NCBI GenBank assembly: GCA_964016885.1
Contig: OZ024746.1
Span: 80,290,001-80,354,000, forward strand
DNA from: Eledone cirrhosa
Lineage: Eukaryota
Reading direction: 5' to 3'
DNA length: 64,000 nucleotides
Below, one piece after another: positions 1 through 13,306 of this stretch (positions are counted from its first letter, which is position 1; the number at the start of each line of letters is the position of its first letter). The translations under genes were made by a program, and so were the position numbers. The notes under the pieces are model-generated. The model made no database searches. It was not told the DNA's origin and saw only the letters and a list, made by a program, of their open reading frames with translations.

Positions 1-900
1 AAAGTACCAGTAATGTACTGAGTAATTGCTGGCCTTGTGCCTAAAGTAGAAACAATTATTATTGTTAAACAAGGGCAGTAGATTGGCAGTATCGGTAGAG
101 CGTCAGACACTATGCTTCGCGGTATAGAATTATGTCCCTTTACGTTCTCAGTTAAACTCCCGCCAAGGTTAGCTATGTCTTTCATCCTTACGGGGTCGAT
201 AAAATAAAGTACCAGTCACTCACTGGGGTTGATTTAATCGACTTTCCCATCCTCCAATATTGCTGGCCTTGTGTCTATATAAGAAACAATTATTATTGTT
301 ATACAAGGGCGGTGAATTGGCAGTATAGGTGGAGGGTCGGACATGCTTTCCAGCATATTTACTTCCCTTGACGATCTGAGTTCAAATCCCACCGAGGTCA
401 ACTTTGCCTTTCATCCTTACGGGGTCGATAAAATAAAGTACCAGTAATGTACTGGGTAATTGCTGGCCTTGTGCCTAAAGTAGAAACAATTATTACTGTT
501 ATACAAATGTGGGTTGATTTGTAGAGTCGTGAGAGCGCAGGATAAAATGTCTTATAGTGTTTCGTTACAGCTTTTTTTTCCTTTTTTTTGTTCTGAGTTC
601 AAATCCTGCCTTGATCAACTTTGCTTTTATGATTTTGAAGTTGGTTTACTCCACTTTTAGACTTTCCCTCCACCTTAAATTGCTCACTTTGTCCCTCGAT
701 TGGCTAAGGGCGGTGAATTAGCAGTATTGGTAGAGAGTCGGACGCCATGCTTTCCAGCATAGTTACGTCCCTTTACCGTCTGAGTTAAAATCCCGTCGAG
801 GTCTACTTTGCCTTTCATCCTTACGGGTTCGATAAAATAAAGTACCAGTAATGTACTGAGTAATTGCTGGCCTTGTGCCAAAGTAGAAACAATTATTATT
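1..900 (+). mobile_element. Head-to-tail array of about 5 tRNA-derived SINE copies (Meta-domain-like centre)
   Basis: Units at ~1-65, 73-300, 307-500, 510-690 (degenerate) and 707-900. Each has A-box-like TGGCAGTATCGGTAGAG, B-box GAGTTCAAATCC, central GCCTTTCATCCTTACGGGGTCGATAAAATAAAGTACCAG and 3' TTGCTGGCCTTGTGCC...AGAAACAATTATT. Confidence 0.88.
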
Positions 901-949
901 GTGCTAAAGCTAAGTATTATTATTCCGATATAACTCCATGACACTGGAA

Positions 950-1165
950 TAATAATGGTTTCTACTTTAGGCACAAGGCCAGCAATTTGAAGCGAAGGGG
1001 GAAAGTCGATTAAGTCGACCCCAGTGCATTACTGCTACTTTATTTTATCGACTCCGTAAGGATGAAAAGCAAAGTTAACCATGGTGGGATTTGAACTCAG
1101 ATCATAAAGGGCCGTAACTCTTTACTGCAAAGCATGGCGTCCGACCCTCTACCTATACTGCCAAT
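950..1165 (-). mobile_element. tRNA-derived SINE, same family
   Basis: Reverse complement of the unit: GGCACAAGGCCAGCAA...TTTTATCGACTCCGTAAGGATGAAA...GGATTTGAACTC...ACTGCCAAT. Confidence 0.88.
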
Positions 1166-1583
1166 AATGTCTGCTTCAACCACAGGATGATTTATTATGG
1201 AAATTGATGAAGAGAAAGAGAGGAAGTACAGGGATAGACGCGTAGTCAGACAGGCAATATAAGATTCCTATTACATAAGTGTTAAATAAGCACGAACTAA
1301 AAAGATATCTTATTACTTCGGCTGTAAGACACTTATGTTCTCTTGGGGTGTGGAAGTCGACGCTTATAATCTTCAAATTATTTCAGAGCAGAGTTAGAAA
1401 TAATTTCTCATGTAGAATTAATTAATAACATATGAGCTATGCCGCGGTAACACACACACACACACACATACACACACATACACACACATACACATACACA
1501 CACACATACACACACAGACATACACACACACACACTTACATATATATGTGTGTGTGTGTGTGTGTATATATATAAATATATAA

Positions 1584-1632
<49 letters not shown>

Positions 1633-2679
1633 CATATATATATATATGTATGTGTATATATATATATATATATATATAAAGACAGAGAGAGAGGGGGGGA
1701 GTGAGAGATGCACATATACATATATAAATATATTTGTGTGGTATGGCCGGCGGTAATCGCGTGTGTGTGTGTGTCAATAAATCTCACATGAACTCACCAG
1801 AGTCCGTATATTTAAACTGGTCTCAATCGAAATGTAGCACACAGAAATGACCCAACGAATAGTTGTAAGTGATTATAAATAATTCCCGACAAGCACATAA
1901 GACTAAGAAATAATAGGAAATAATAAATATTTGTCACACCTTATTAAAGAGAATAGGTTTTTTTTAGTCTTTCCAAATATTTGTTTCTATGCCATCCACT
2001 TGATTAGGTGGGTCAAATATAGCAGTCCGTTACGTAGCGTTGGATAAAGAATCGACCAGGACTGACAAATGTAACGAAAATAGTGGTTTTATATCGGCTG
2101 GTTTAGGTATTTTCCATTGAGTCATTGTATAACCCTCACCACTTTACAATATGGATACAAAAACTGGAGTTGTGAAATATTTACTCTCGTCAAACGAAAA
2201 ATATATCCCAAACGGTCATAAATTTTATAAAATGTTTATCAAAAACAGGAAGGTCAGCTAGAATTGTACAGAAATCATCTAAAAGTTCAATTGTAGGAAG
2301 CAGGAAATTGCCCAGTCCGAATGCTTGCAACGGGAAAGGGTTATTGAAGCTATTCTTAATTGATCAATTATTTAATTCTCTATGTAATTACCAAAATAAA
2401 GCTCAACTTTTATTTTATTTTTGTCATATATTGACTTTTCTATTATAATAGAATGTTAATTACAATTCAATTAAGAAATCCAACACCAAATATGTTAGCA
2501 TATCTACGAATATATTAATTAATATTAATGAATTAAAACTATTCGCTTCGTACCACGGCCACCATTGATACCACCACCATAACACATATATGTAAATATA
2601 TCTACATTGCGTGTAAATATACCTCTATACATACAATGCAATATTTTTGTTGTCCGAATAACAAAGAAAGCCGTGGCCA

Positions 2680-2872
2680 TAATATTTTTTATTGGAGAAG
2701 TTAAGATTTTTTTCCGCAAAAATTTGATTGCACTGTTTTGTTTCCACTTATGTATTTTTCGAAAATATTATTTATTCATTATAAAAATTAAATAGCATTC
2801 TATATGAAGGTGCCCCCCCCCCCTTCATCATCTCATGGCAACCAATATTTTTAGACCCAGTACCGCCACTTG
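2680..2872. mobile_element. End of a non-autonomous DNA transposon (CAGTGGCG-type terminus)
   Basis: Near-identical to 39275-39438 and, inverted, to 39462-39640; ends ...TTTAGACCCAGTACCGCCACT next to TA repeats. Confidence 0.6.
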
Positions 2873-3778
2873 TTATATATATATATATGTATATATATAT
2901 TTATACATATATATATATATATATATATGGGTGTGTGTGTGTGTATGTGTGTGTGTGTGTGTGTGTATTAATCACTACCTCCCTACGGACAACTGACGCT
3001 GCACACCAGGTCCGGAGACGGATGAACCGAGTTCCCACTGTCATCGCCTCCATCTCTCTCGCCCTCCCCATTTCACATTGAATGAATATACGACAATATA
3101 TGTTTACATACAAATGTCTAGAAGAGACGTAAATATCTCTTAAATGGAAATACTGTTGTTAACTATATACCAATTAGTATGATTAATTCAGAAATATAGA
3201 AGTAAAGGACTTTTGAAGTTGGAACGTTGAAAAGTATTATATTTCCACAGCTGGGGTAAGAAGCGCTGAGAAAAGGGGAAGAGATTGTGATAGAAATATT
3301 GCTATAGAAGATCTTCAGAGATTACTTTTTTCATCTAGCTTCATGTATCTAATTTAGTAGTGTTATAAGGTGACAAAACTATCGGATCTTACCTATTCTC
3401 CGATGGGGATCTGGGCAAATATCTGATATCATCTTTGAAGCAATAATTAACTAAGAGTCTTTCCCTGACAAGAAGTTGGAGATCTTAGTGATGATATTAT
3501 TGATTAAATTCTTAAACATTATGGGTGGGATCTAGGATTTTAATTTTATATATTTTACTCCTTTGTTTTACTATAAAGTTTATAAGTCATTATCTCGATT
3601 AAGTGTGATATATGAGAAGTATGTTATTTTAATGTTAGCCATGATTACAATTATTATTCTTTGTATGTTGAAATTCTTGATGAGGCCCTCCCTGAATTTA
3701 TCTAATCCAATAGGATAAGAGGTCATACTTAATACCTTGTTTCTGTATAAACCGATGGTAGGGGCTGTTGAAATTATA

Positions 3779-3998
3779 TATATTTAATGTAGAAATGGTT
3801 CCTATAGGACTAGAACTGTTTCATTCGGGAGAAATCACCAAGAAAGCCCTGAGGGGGAGGGGGGGGCTTTCCTGATGATTTCTCCCGAATGAAGCAGTTC
3901 TAGTCCTGTAGAAGCCGCCATTTCTATATTAAATATTTATACTCTGCTATGTATTGAGTACTTTACTTACTGTGGTTACCCCGATTGAACCCGGGATA

Positions 3999-4002
<4 letters not shown>
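3779..4002 (+). mobile_element. Penelope-like fold-back fragment (inverted arms plus tail) ending in (TA)n
   Basis: Inverted arms ~3779-3849 and ~3864-3937; tail contains TTGAGTACTT; a related copy lies at 56976-57118 on the minus strand. Confidence 0.7.
3865..3916 (+). ncRNA. Type I hammerhead ribozyme motif
   Basis: ggctttc-CTGATGA-tTTCtcccGAAt-GAAG (GAAA in the opposite arm)-CAG ttctagtc CTG-TA-gaagcc. Confidence 0.65.
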
Positions 4003-4060
<58 letters not shown>

Positions 4061-4331
4061 ACTATGTATGTATATATATATATATATATGTAACTATGTA
4101 TGTATATATATATATATAAACAATGTGGTCTAACTTTCGCGGTAGGGTCTATACCGTAGTTAGAACTCAATGTAATCCGTCAGGATGTAATTCACTGAGT
4201 TCCGGTGATTGGTTCCAAATAATAGGTTTGTATTTTGCTGAGTCAATCTTTTAGATACAGAGTCTGACATATTATATAATAGTTTTTTTAATAATGATAA
4301 CAAAGGCAAGTTAACTACATATCCTATTCAT

Positions 4332-4451
4332 TGTTTTACGATCGTTTCGGAGGCTTAAATATCGATATATTGACTGATCTATAGCAGTTATAGAACTTTA
4401 TACTATCAGACATAATATATGGGTTCGATCATACCGACCTCTTCGGAAACA
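4332..4451 (-). ncRNA. Degenerate hammerhead motif with a long stem II insert
   Basis: Minus strand reads tgttt-CCGAAGA-gg...(~90 nt)...cc-GAAA-CGATCG-TA-aaaca, with a palindromic stem III, inside a (TA)n-flanked insert at 4118-4455. Confidence 0.5.
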
Positions 4452-4476
4452 TTGTATATATATATATATATACACA

Positions 4477-4555
<79 letters not shown>

Positions 4556-4691
4556 GTGTGTGTGTGTATTATATATGTATATGTATGTATGTATATATGT
4601 ATATATATATATACATCTACATATACATATATAATATATATGTGTGCGTATGTATATATTATATATGTACATATATGTATGTATATATATA

Positions 4692-5279
4692 TGGTGGCTG
4701 CCAACTCGTTTTCGAGTACGGCCACTACTTTATATCCATGCAGGAGAACCCCTACCGATGCGCTGAACGAGGGTGACTTTTTAGTCCAGCCAGTGACTTG
4801 AAAACTCTGGTACAAACACTACACTTGTGACAATTATTGACACATAGTGCTGGGCCCATGATACCATGTGACGACAAGTGCAGAGAGATCTCCAGATATA
4901 AAACAATGCCTGTGCCGTGAAGCTTTTATAGTGAGCAAAGGCACTGCACAAAGCCAGTCCCACTCTCTTAACCAAGATGATATTTACCAAAAAGAAGAAT
5001 ATGTCAGCTCACCAGTTGGTGCTACTAGTAACATATATCCCAGTACAACCTGTCCCATGGTCGGGTCGTTGGCGACTAAACTGGCAACCCCACCAAGGTT
5101 TCTTGGTGAGGAGGGTGACTTTGGACATCCTGCAGGACTAAAAACAAAACCAGTCAAAGGGCAAAGGAGCTCTTAAGAGTCAATGGCCATCCAAAATCAC
5201 CGGGAGAGAAGACCCCATAGCCTTTGTCAAGGCAGAATTCTAGGAGAAGGAAAACTCTGATATAACACCTGCAACCCTT
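4692..5279. mobile_element. Dispersed bipartite repeat (module A plus module B), copy 1, with B flipped relative to the other copies
   Basis: 4692-4997 matches 32369-32675 and 57888-58192; 5058-5278 is the reverse complement of 58218-58438. Confidence 0.85.
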
Positions 5280-5313
5280 ATGTATATATATACATACATA
5301 CATCTACATATAC

Positions 5314-5381
<68 letters not shown>

Positions 5382-5405
5382 CATACATCTACATATACAT
5401 GTGTA

Positions 5406-5492
<87 letters not shown>

Positions 5493-5496
<4 letters not shown>

Positions 5497-6031
5497 GATT
5501 TTGAGTTTATGTTGGTTGTATACCACCACCTCAGTATGCAGGCTGGAGCACTCGACGAAGTGCGCAGGTTGGTTTGGTTACTCCGGAGTAGTGTAAAATA
5601 AAGTTAAATAAAAGTCAAATGATTAAAATTTAGCTTCGTTTATTACTGCTATATATATTTCAGTGACAGCCATCTTTGGCTGTGACCTCTTCAGGCAGTT
5701 TGAATTAGTATGGTATAGACAAGTACATATGTTGTTTAGGTGTATAATATTGTCAATACTCTGATATGCCTAGTTCCTTGTTGGGTTGTTAATTCACTGA
5801 GGAACTGGAGTCAAATGAATTCAAACATATGAATTAACAACCCAACAAGGAACTGGGCATATCAGAGTATTGACAATATTATACACCTAAACAACATATG
5901 TACTTGTCTATACCATACTAATTCAAACTGCCTGAAGAGGTCACAGCCAAAGATGGCTGTCACTGAAATATATATAGCAGTAATAAATGAAACTAAATTT
6001 TAATCATTTGACTTTTATTTAACTTTATTTT
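5493..6031 (-). mobile_element. Penelope-like fold-back element in (TA)n, ~200-bp inverted arms plus tail
   Basis: Arms 5595-5796 and 5830-6031 are near-perfect reverse complements; tail 5493-5594 reads TCGAGTGCTC on the minus strand; each arm holds a hammerhead motif. Confidence 0.8.
5927..5981 (+). ncRNA. Minimal type I hammerhead ribozyme (mirror copy at 5645-5699, minus strand)
   Basis: actgc-CTGAAGA-GGTCACAGCC aaagat GGCTGTCACT-GAAA-TATATA-TA-gcagt, followed by AATAAA. Confidence 0.85.
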
Positions 6032-6051
6032 ATATATATATATATATATAT

Positions 6052-6180
6052 CGCTGCCATGTCCTGCGTCTCCAACAGACCAGTGTCTGTCCTTAGGGCA
6101 TCAACATACGTTAACCTTGGTCTTCCTCTTCTAGTGTGTCCATGTAGGGGCGCCCACAGGACATGGCAGCGATAATGAGA
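6052..6180 (-). pseudogene. RTE-clade LINE C-terminal fragment
   Basis: Translates HVLWAPLHGHTRRGRPRLTYVDALRTDTG, matching the RTE C-terminal 'RxxGRP' region. Confidence 0.7.
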
Positions 6181-6274
6181 GACAGAGACCGCTGGAGAGA
6201 ACTCGTCCATGGATCTCGGGAATTTTACCCGCCTTAGATATATATATATATCTAAGGCGGGTAAATATATATAT

Positions 6275-6578
<304 letters not shown>

Positions 6579-6884
6579 CTCTATGTGTGTGGTTGAATCA
6601 AATTTTCTGCATGTCTGTCTATAAGTATGCCTGTCTCTTTTTTTTTTAATAGATAAGGAATGTATACGTGCGCACGCTTGATTATGTATGCATATGTGTA
6701 CATACATGAAGGTGTGTGTGTGTGTGAGAGAGAGTGAGTGTGTATGTATTTGAATAATAATACATCTAGATGTCTGTTCTAACCAACCACCTACCTGTCT
6801 GTACTGTACTGTACTGGTAATACCCCATCACCCACCCTACACCTCCATACTCATTTCTCTATTTCTCAGTCCGCGATAAGCATA

Positions 6885-6993
6885 ATAATTGTTTCTACTT
6901 TTGGCACAAGGCCAGCAATTACCCAGTGCAGGGAGGTAACTCTATGCTTCAAAGCATGGCGTCCGACCCTCTACCTTATACTGCCAATCCACT
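6885..6993 (-). mobile_element. Internally deleted SINE copy
   Basis: SINE 3' and 5' ends are joined with the central domain missing. Confidence 0.7.
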
Positions 6994-7642
6994 GATGACG
7001 ATAATAACAATTACAAGAAGAAGAAGAAGAAGAAGAAGAAGAAGAAGAAGAAGAAGAAGGGGGAGGGCGGGAAGCAGTAAAAGAAGAAGAAGAAATAATG
7101 ATGACGGTGATGATGATGATGATCATCATCATCATCATAGTCGCCATCATCACCATCATCATCATCAAAACTAAAGCCAAGAATTTAAAAAACCAACAGT
7201 TTACTGCAAATAGCAGAGAAAACGAAATCCCAATAAGAAAAAGAAAAAGAAAAAACAAAGAGATAAACAAGCAAATAAAATTACGTCATCTTATCAGATT
7301 ACTTTCAGAGTGAACGAACGAAATGAAGAAAATACATGAGAAGTCAATAGATGAGGGAAATATATATATATATATATACATGTATGTATATATGTATGTA
7401 TATACATATGTATGTGTATATATATATACATACATACATATACATGTATATATATACATATATGTAAGTGTATATATATATATGACTATATATGTACATA
7501 TATACACACACACATATATATATATATACATGTATATATACATGTATATATACATGTATATATATACATGTATATATATGTATACATATGTATACATATG
7601 TATATATATATATATATATATATCTTTTTATCATACATACTG

Positions 7643-7688
<46 letters not shown>

Positions 7689-8014
7689 CAGTATGTATGA
7701 TAAAAAGATAAAATATTAAACAATAATAAAGATACATATATAAATATATAATAAACTCCATCGCAAACAGAAATTATATGAAAAAAAATGAAGATAAAAA
7801 TGAAAGATAATGAAGTAAATATGATACTGACTTAAAGATAACACACACACACATACATGCATACTTAGACACACACACTGCACACACACACACATGCACA
7901 TATTCGCACACACATTCATACCCACATACGAATGTGTGGTATGCAAGTATGTATTATATATACATATATATGTGTGTGAATGCATGGGTGTGGGCATATG
8001 TATAGTTAAATATA

Positions 8015-8060
<46 letters not shown>

Positions 8061-8071
8061 TATATATATAT

Positions 8072-8326
8072 ATAAAAACAAGATGGCGTAGGACAGAACA
8101 AAGGAGAGGCACAAAAACAAAGAAAAGAATCCCCAGTCACTGAAGAGGTCACAGAATGTGTGACGAAAGAACTTTGGCAATATATGAACAATCGTCTGGT
8201 TGTGGAACCAACCAAACAACCGGAAATTTATAAATTCCTAAATTTATAAATTTAATTTATAATAAATTGAAGTGAAAGCAACTGGTGCATGTGTTTCTTA
8301 TTGGCAACATGACCCTCCCAAAGTAT

Positions 8327-8330
<4 letters not shown>
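8072..8330 (+). mobile_element. Penelope-like pLTR segment with hammerhead motif at 8136-8178
   Basis: Nearly identical to 56562-56818, which follows a GIY-YIG ORF; motif reads gtca-CTGAAGA-gGTCACAgaatgTGTGAC-GAAA-gaac-TT-tggc. Confidence 0.8.
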
Positions 8331-8389
<59 letters not shown>

Positions 8390-8392
<3 letters not shown>

Positions 8393-8520
8393 CAAAAGGG
8401 ATATTCAATTTGTTGGTAATTCAACAAATATAAATGTTTATAACTGATTCAGAGCACTCGACGGATTTTCTGGAGTATAATATTCAATGTACCCTTGAAA
8501 TATATATAACAGAATAAATA
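8390..8520 (-). mobile_element. Minimal PLE-type insert: tail plus inverted half-hammerhead
   Basis: Tail with TCGAGTGCTC is homologous to 43519-43615 and 49485-49575; plus-strand CCCTT-GAAA-TATATA-TA-acag-AATAAA at ~8492-8518. Confidence 0.6.
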
Positions 8521-8563
8521 TATATATATATATATATATATATTACATCTGAGCTGGTGGTGA

Positions 8564-8621
<58 letters not shown>

Positions 8622-8815
8622 TATATATATATATATAAATATAAACCCACCTTTTTTTTAAAATTATATAACTTTGAATACTTTGATAGGTTTCGGCCAG
8701 TATTGATCTAAGCCACGTCTAACTTAATAGCACCACATATATTTTGTATGAACTAATTTATTTTCGTTGTCTACTATAAATTTGCATGTATTAATATAAC
8801 AATTAGGTGCATTTT

Positions 8816-8859
<44 letters not shown>

Positions 8860-8864
<5 letters not shown>

Positions 8865-8967
8865 GGAGTGACCCCAAAAAATGTATACGCACATCAACAG
8901 CATTCTAATAAATATTGCCTGTACAAGTAATCAATGTGTGTATACATTTTTGGGGACACTCTTTATA
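8860..8967. mobile_element. Tc1/mariner-type MITE remnant
   Basis: Imperfect TIRs ACGGAGTGACCCCAAAAAATGTATACGCAC / GTGTGTATACATTTTTGGGGACACTCTTT with TA flanks; a similar element lies at 46052-46133. Confidence 0.55.
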
Positions 8968-9060
8968 TTTTAGTCTTAGATTCTTCTGCGCCTTTCGGCG
9001 CATCAAGTAGTCATCAACGGTCACGATCAGCAGCGGCTTTTTCGCGTCTATGCTAATTGA

Positions 9061-9135
<75 letters not shown>

Positions 9136-9189
9136 CTGAACGTCAGGGGCTTGGTACAACTTAATTACAGGTAAATTCTCCTACTTGCG

Positions 9190-10420
9190 GGAAAATATGT
9201 GTAGCACTGATAGAAATGATTCTAAGAACTAACATAGCAGGTGCGGAAATTTATATTCAAAAGTATGTCGTATTTCGTACAAAGAGGACAGTAAGAAGTC
9301 ACATTGGAGTTGCAGTGTACATCCATGAAAATGCCACACCGCAAATCATGCTGTCACACAGACCTGGTTTGTTACACACTAATCGTTCATATAATACAAC
9401 TCGAACTGATAAAATGTTCCAAATATCATCTACCAGACACCTCAAATCACAAGAATAAATTTAAACACTAAACTAGAGGAACACATCTTGGGAGACATTA
9501 GCGCCAGCCAAAAAAGCCATATTCTCCCAGGCATATCACTGCATAAGCAAAAACAAGTAAAATCCCTTATTGACCTTCCTAACATGATGTTCTTTGAACC
9601 AGCAGTACTCCACACTATAAGAGATAAAAAAATGTTCTAGATCTCTCTACTTCACAAATAATATAGAGCTCATCCATAACGTGAAGGTGATGTCGACGGT
9701 TTTTCTTATACTACAACATAGTAGAACTAACAATGTGTGTGGTCCAAGGAAAGCACGAAACACCGTCAGGAATTTCACAAAGATAACTAGAAAGTGATTT
9801 AGAAAAGGATCCGCAAATAAAACTGTCACGAAAGACTCCTTTTCTAAGACTCCTTTTCTGACAATAATGCAAACCATGTGCATCAAATTCGTCCCACGGA
9901 GAAAGACGAACAAACAAAAAAGATCATCCCCAAAGACTGAGATGTTATTATAAGATGAAGAACAGGGATCTTAAATTGCTGAAATACACAATTAAAGGAC
10001 AATGAAAAACTTCAATTATAATTCTGCTGGAAATTCAGATTATATATACACACAAACTCATGAAACGCGAAGAGCAGAAAAAAAACCCAGGGCTATAGAA
10101 AAGATTCGGTTTCATTGCAGCACAAGATAAGGCCGCTGTTCCAAGAAAATAACCAACCGATTATATATCCTCAAAGAATAAATGAAAAACTGAATGAACA
10201 ATTCAAAGTTGTTTTCACCTCCCCACTGAGACACATGTATATAAACAAACCAGGTGAGTTATTTGACATTACAGCTCTACATAAGGATAAAGCATATATC
10301 GATTACATCGATTACATTAATGTAAAAGAGAAAGATGTAATATCAGCTTTAATGAAATAAGTGTCAAGTCAGCTTTGGGGTCTGATGGGTTCTCAGTGAT
10401 TCTTATAAAAGTGTGTAAAT
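9190..10420 (+). pseudogene. Highly degenerate APE-type LINE (CR1/Jockey-like) endonuclease-to-pre-RT region
   Basis: Fragments YVVFRTKRTVRSHIGVAVYIH (APE 'FRxDR...GGVAxY' motif) and EKLNEQFKVVFT; many stops and frameshifts. Confidence 0.55.
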
Positions 10421-10436
10421 AAGCTGTAGCAATAAT

Positions 10437-10619
10437 TGTTTCTACGTTAGGCACAAGGCCAGCAATTACCCAGTGCATTACTGGTACTTTATTTTATCGA
10501 CCCCGTAAGGATGAAAGGCAAAGTTAACCTCGGCGGGATTTGAACTCAGATCGTAAAGGGACGTAACTCTGTGCTTCAAAGCATGGTGTCCAACTCTCTA
10601 CCGATACTGCCAATCCACC
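10437..10619 (-). mobile_element. SINE with 14-bp target-site duplication
   Basis: Full unit flanked by GCTGTAGCAATAAT at 10423-10436 and 10620-10633. Confidence 0.9.
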
Positions 10620-10887
10620 GCTGTAGCAATAATGATGCAGATCCACTTCCAAAGATTACTTGCATGTAGTAAATTCTCCAAAATGTAAAAGGAAAGTATA
10701 TTATGTTGTATTTGCATGCATATATTATATACAAAGCCCTAACCCCAGCTATTTTCCCGTTATTCTTTGCAACATGTAATCAGCACAGTTTGTTGGGGTT
10801 GTTTTGTTTTTTTTCACCTTTCTTATATCTTCTGACCACTCTTAGTCTAGCCAAACTGGTTAAGTAAATATATCTCACTGAGGAGAT

Positions 10888-11105
10888 ATGATTTCTACTA
10901 TAGGCACAAGGCCAGCAATTTTGAGGGAGGGAAAATTTGATTAAATCGACCCCAGTGCATTACTGGTACATTATTTTATCGAGCCCGTAAGGATGAAAGG
11001 CAAAGCTAACCTCGGCGGGTTTTGAACTCAGAACTTAAAGGGCCATAATTCTACGCCGCAAGGCATGGTGTCCGACGATCTACCTATTCTGCCAGTCTAC
11101 CACCC
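10888..11105 (-). mobile_element. SINE (long variant) with degenerate TSD
   Basis: Full unit; flanks read CTCACTGAGGAGATATGATT and CTCACTGAAGAAACATAAGATT. Confidence 0.85.
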
Positions 11106-11326
11106 TCACTGAAGAAACATAAGATTTTAAATGTGTTGTTGCTTTACCTGTATTACTTATAGGCCTCGTCTACTTCCACTACTAGATCTTAAATTGTTAA
11201 AATAAACCTCGGATACACCCAGGTTAGAGGAGTTCTCTCTCTAAAGGGAGGATGTCTTGGTTAATTGAACTATTTTCTCACTAACCATATTCAGAGAGCG
11301 AATTAACTGTTTGATTTATCTACTCC

Positions 11327-12380
11327 ATACATATCTATACATACATATCTATACATACATATCTATACATACATATGTATACATACATATCTATACATAA
11401 CTATACATACATAACTATACATACATATCTATACATACATATCTATACATACATATCTATACATACATATCTATACATACATATGTATACATATATATCT
11501 ATACATAACTATACATACATAACTATACATACATATCTATACATACATATCTATACATATATATCTATACATGCATATCTATACATATCTATACATACAT
11601 ATCTATACACACATATCTATACATACGTATATATACATACATATCTATACATATCTATACATACATATCTATACATACATATCTATACATATGTATATAT
11701 ACATACATATCTATACATATCTATACATACATATCTATACATACATATCTATACATACATATCTATACATATCTATACATACATATCTATACATATCTAT
11801 ACATACATATCTATACATACATATCTATACATATCTATACATACATATCTATACATACATATCTATACATACATATCTATACATACATATCTATACATAC
11901 GTATATACATACATATCTATACATACATATCTATACATACGTATATATACATACATATCTATACATATCTATACATACATATCTATACATATATATCTAT
12001 ACATACGTATATATACATACATATCTATACATATCTATGCATACATATCTATACATATATATCTATACATACGTATATATACATACATATCTATACATAT
12101 CTATACATACGTATCTATACATACGTATATATACATACATATCTATACATATCTATACATACATATCTATACATACATATCTATACATACATATCTATAC
12201 ATACATATCTATACATATCTATACATACATATCTATACATACATATCTATACATACATATCTATACATACATATCTATACATACATACATACATACATAC
12301 ATACATACATACATACATACATACATACATACATACATACATACATACATACATACATACATACATACATACATACATAC
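11327..12380. repeat. Compound (ATAC)/(ATCTATAC) satellite grading into pure (TACA)n
   Basis: Units of 10-14 bp such as ATACATACATATCT; pure (TACA)n from ~12276. Confidence 0.95.
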
Positions 12381-12803
12381 AACCGGCCTGATATTGTAGT
12401 TTGGGACCACACATTGAAAACGTGTTCTGTTGTGGAGATCAGCTGCCCACTTGATGTCAACGTTGTCAGAAAAATACAGGAGAAGGAGGACATCTACGGA
12501 CCATTGATGAGGAGTTTACAAATCCAGTATCCAAGATACACCTTTAGCTTCATACCCATCATTATTGGTGCTACGGGTTATATACCAACCCGCTTGGACC
12601 AAAGTATGACTGAACTTGGATTTGCGGACAAAAAGCGCAGCTCCCTAATTCATAGTCTGCAAATGGCTGCGATAGCTGGCACCTTCCAAATTTGCAAAAC
12701 ATTCTTGCGATTCAAGGGATGACAATTTCTTTTCTTTTACAACCTTGCCACCAGGAAGGTGGCCGGTCAAAAAAATATACTCGAAATTAAGAGAAAGAGA
12801 AAA
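12381..12803 (+). mobile_element. 5'-truncated RLE-type LINE (R4/Dong-like) 3' end inserted in (TACA)n
   Basis: NRPDIVVWD...VVEISCP...K...YGPL...IPIIIGATG is a PD-(D/E)xK restriction-like endonuclease; stop at 12722, short 3' UTR, (TACA)n on both sides. Confidence 0.88.
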
Positions 12804-13233
12804 TACATACATACATACATACATACATACATACATACATACATACATACATACATACATAGGTCTATCTACTCTGTAACTTCTATATGATCTTGAAGTA
12901 GAATACGTATATTTAAAAAGAGATGCGACTTGTCAGTCAATATCTGTTTTCATATGTCGGTGTCTCTATGAACACATGCATCCATGAGGGTATGTGTACT
13001 ATGACAGTATGTTTCGCCTTATCGTATGTATATATATTTCTATGCCATATGTATATATGTACACATGTATACATATGTTGTATGTATGTGTGTACGTATT
13101 CCTTTACCGAGTGTGTGTATATATATTCTCATGTCGAGTTTGTGTATGTATTCCTTTACCGAGTGTGTGTATTTATCCTATGTTGTGTGTGTGAAAGTAT
13201 TTCGTTACCGAGTGTGTGTATTTATTCCTAGGT

Positions 13234-13306
<73 letters not shown>

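Noticed and set aside
73-900. Functional tRNA genes
   Set aside because: A and B boxes are followed by SINE body sequence, with no acceptor stem or cloverleaf.
3779-6031. A-to-I editing footprint between hairpin arms
   Set aside because: Arm differences are few and are transitions in both directions, with no strand-biased A-to-G excess visible.
8985-9025. Hammerhead on the minus strand (TTGATGA...GAAA)
   Set aside because: GAAA is the loop of a GCGCC/GGCGC hairpin; stems I and III and the cleavage triplet cannot be built.
11571-12722. 383-aa protein
   Set aside because: The first ~270 residues are satellite; only the RLE fragment from 12381 is real retroelement sequence.
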